DNA from: Actinomyces sp.
GTDB lineage: Bacteria; Actinomycetota; Actinomycetes; Actinomycetales; Actinomycetaceae
DNA length: 64,000 nucleotides
Assembly (NCBI GenBank): GCA_029851875.1
Contig: JARKVC010000030.1
Span: 21,544-85,543 of the forward strand
Reading direction: 5' to 3'
Shown piece after piece: positions 62,882-64,000 of the stretch. Each line of letters starts with the position of its first letter. The stretch's first letter is position 1. A program made the position numbers and the translations under genes. Below the pieces are notes generated by a model. It was not told the DNA's origin. It searched no databases and worked only from the letters and a program-made list of their open reading frames with translations.

Positions 62882-63526
62882 ATGGACATCACCGTCGTCG
62901 GCCGTAACGCTGAGATCTCCTCTCGACTGCGCGACTACGTCGAGGAGAAGGCCACCAAGGTCGAGCAGTTTGACCCCCGAGTCCAGCGCGTCGAGGTCGA
63001 GGTGACCCACGAGCGCAACCCACGCCAGGCCGACACCGCAGAGCGTGCCGAGATCACCGTCATCTCCAAGGGCCCGATCATCCGGGCCGAGGCCTCCTCC
63101 TCCGACCGCTTCGCCGCCTTCGACATCGCCATGGGGAAGCTGACCGAGCGCCTGCGCCGGGCCCGTGACCGCAAGAAGGACCACCGTCGCTACCCTGTGG
63201 ACGTCCCGGCGAGCACCCAGGCCCCGGCTGCCGAGGAGCTGAGCAGGCTGCACGAGACCGACGACGCCCCGATCGAGGACTCGCCCAAGGCTCCCACCCA
63301 GAAGGGCGTGGCCGTGGAGTCGCAGCTGGGAGACTCCCCCGTCATCGTGCGCCAGAAGCTGCACGACGCGACGCCCATGACCGTGGACGAGGCCCTGTAC
63401 CAGATGGAGCTGGTGGGACACCCCTTCTACCTGTTCATTGAGAAGTCGACCAAGCAGCCCTGCGCTGTCTACCACCGCCACGGATGGACCTACGGCGTCA
63501 TCCGCCTTGACGCCCAGGTGCTCTAG
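62882..63526 (+). CDS. hpf: Ribosome hibernation promoting factor (long HPF/RaiA)
   Basis: ERNPRQ, PMTVDEALYQMELVGHPFYLF and YGVIRL; GAGG RBS. Confidence 0.95.
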   Translation: MDITVVGRNAEISSRLRDYVEEKATKVEQFDPRVQRVEVEVTHERNPRQADTAERAEITVISKGPIIRAEASSSDRFAAFDIAMGKLTERLRRARDRKKDHRRYPVDVPASTQAPAAEELSRLHETDDAPIEDSPKAPTQKGVAVESQLGDSPVIVRQKLHDATPMTVDEALYQMELVGHPFYLFIEKSTKQPCAVYHRHGWTYGVIRLDAQVL

Positions 63527-63555
63527 CCACGGCGCGGGTTTCTCGCCGCACTGAC

Positions 63556-63593
63556 CGGGGGCGGCGTCGGTCACCGTACCGACGCCGCCCCCG
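63556..63593. terminator. Bidirectional hairpin between convergent genes
   Basis: 16-bp perfect stem CGGGGGCGGCGTCGGT/ACCGACGCCGCCCCCG. Confidence 0.75.
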
Positions 63594-63657
63594 TGCGCGC
63601 CCGAGACCGGCTCGCTCTCACCGGAAGGACCGCCGCCATGAGCCAGGGCGTCACCGG

Positions 63658-64000
63658 TCAGTCCTCAGCCTCGGCCGGGGTCTGCGCCGTCGGCGCCTCG
63701 TGGGGACCGTGAACCGTCACGCCGCTGCCACCGCGGGAGGCCTGCCTCATCCGGTGCAGCCGCCGGACGCTGGGTGGAAGCGCCAGCGCCGCCGCGCCCT
63801 CGCCGCCTCCTGCACCGCCGCCAGCCTCGTCCCCGCCGCCAGCCGGCACCTCAGCGTCCAGCTCGGCTGAGCGCCGCGTCACCGGGGTCGCCGGGAGCGC
63901 GGCAGACCCGGGTGTCCCCAGCGTGCCGCTGGTGGGAACGTAGCGGGCGATCTCCGGGACGTCGTCGGGCACCACGGGCAGCGGACGGTGCCCCTGCAGG
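63658..64000 (-). CDS. C-terminal end of a gene running in from outside the window (possibly MtrB-like by synteny)
   Basis: Open frame to the window edge (...LQGHRPLPVVPDD...) with a low-complexity tail; identity is a synteny guess only. Confidence 0.4.
   Translation of the reverse strand, partial: LQGHRPLPVVPDDVPEIARYVPTSGTLGTPGSAALPATPVTRRSAELDAEVPAGGGDEAGGGAGGGEGAAALALPPSVRRLHRMRQASRGGSGVTVHGPHEAPTAQTPAEAED

Overview
High-GC actinobacterial chromosome segment. Gene content and low-complexity protein inserts suggest Actinomycetaceae (inference). The core genes are kgd, bL37-rsrA-sigR, icd, aroA-rsgA, hisN, uppP, sbcDC, secA and comF-hpf. Between rsgA and hisN lies a ~27.6 kb nitrate/nitrite-respiration block: an ArnR-like regulator, a copper nitrite reductase NirK, an 826-aa NnrS-like double membrane protein, Moco biosynthesis genes, narKGHJI, modA plus a modBC fusion, an alcohol dehydrogenase, and a type II restriction-modification pair. 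The most unusual signal is non-coding. Several intergenic elements share one grammar: a 6-9 bp core repeated every ~20-21 bp, followed by the same core inverted. Each family uses a different core (GAGTGTGCA, CGCTACC, CGGCGT). Two GAGTGTGCA elements bracket an AbiEi-like/DUF559 (Vsr-like nuclease) gene whose probable start codon overlaps the same core, and a third solo copy lies one gene away. This is a candidate REP/RAYT-like system driven by a non-HUH protein. Directly upstream is a ~215-nt multi-hairpin, terminated, apparently non-coding RNA candidate. No CRISPR, tRNA, rRNA, integrase or transposase was seen. All calls come from reading motifs by eye; no database searches were run.
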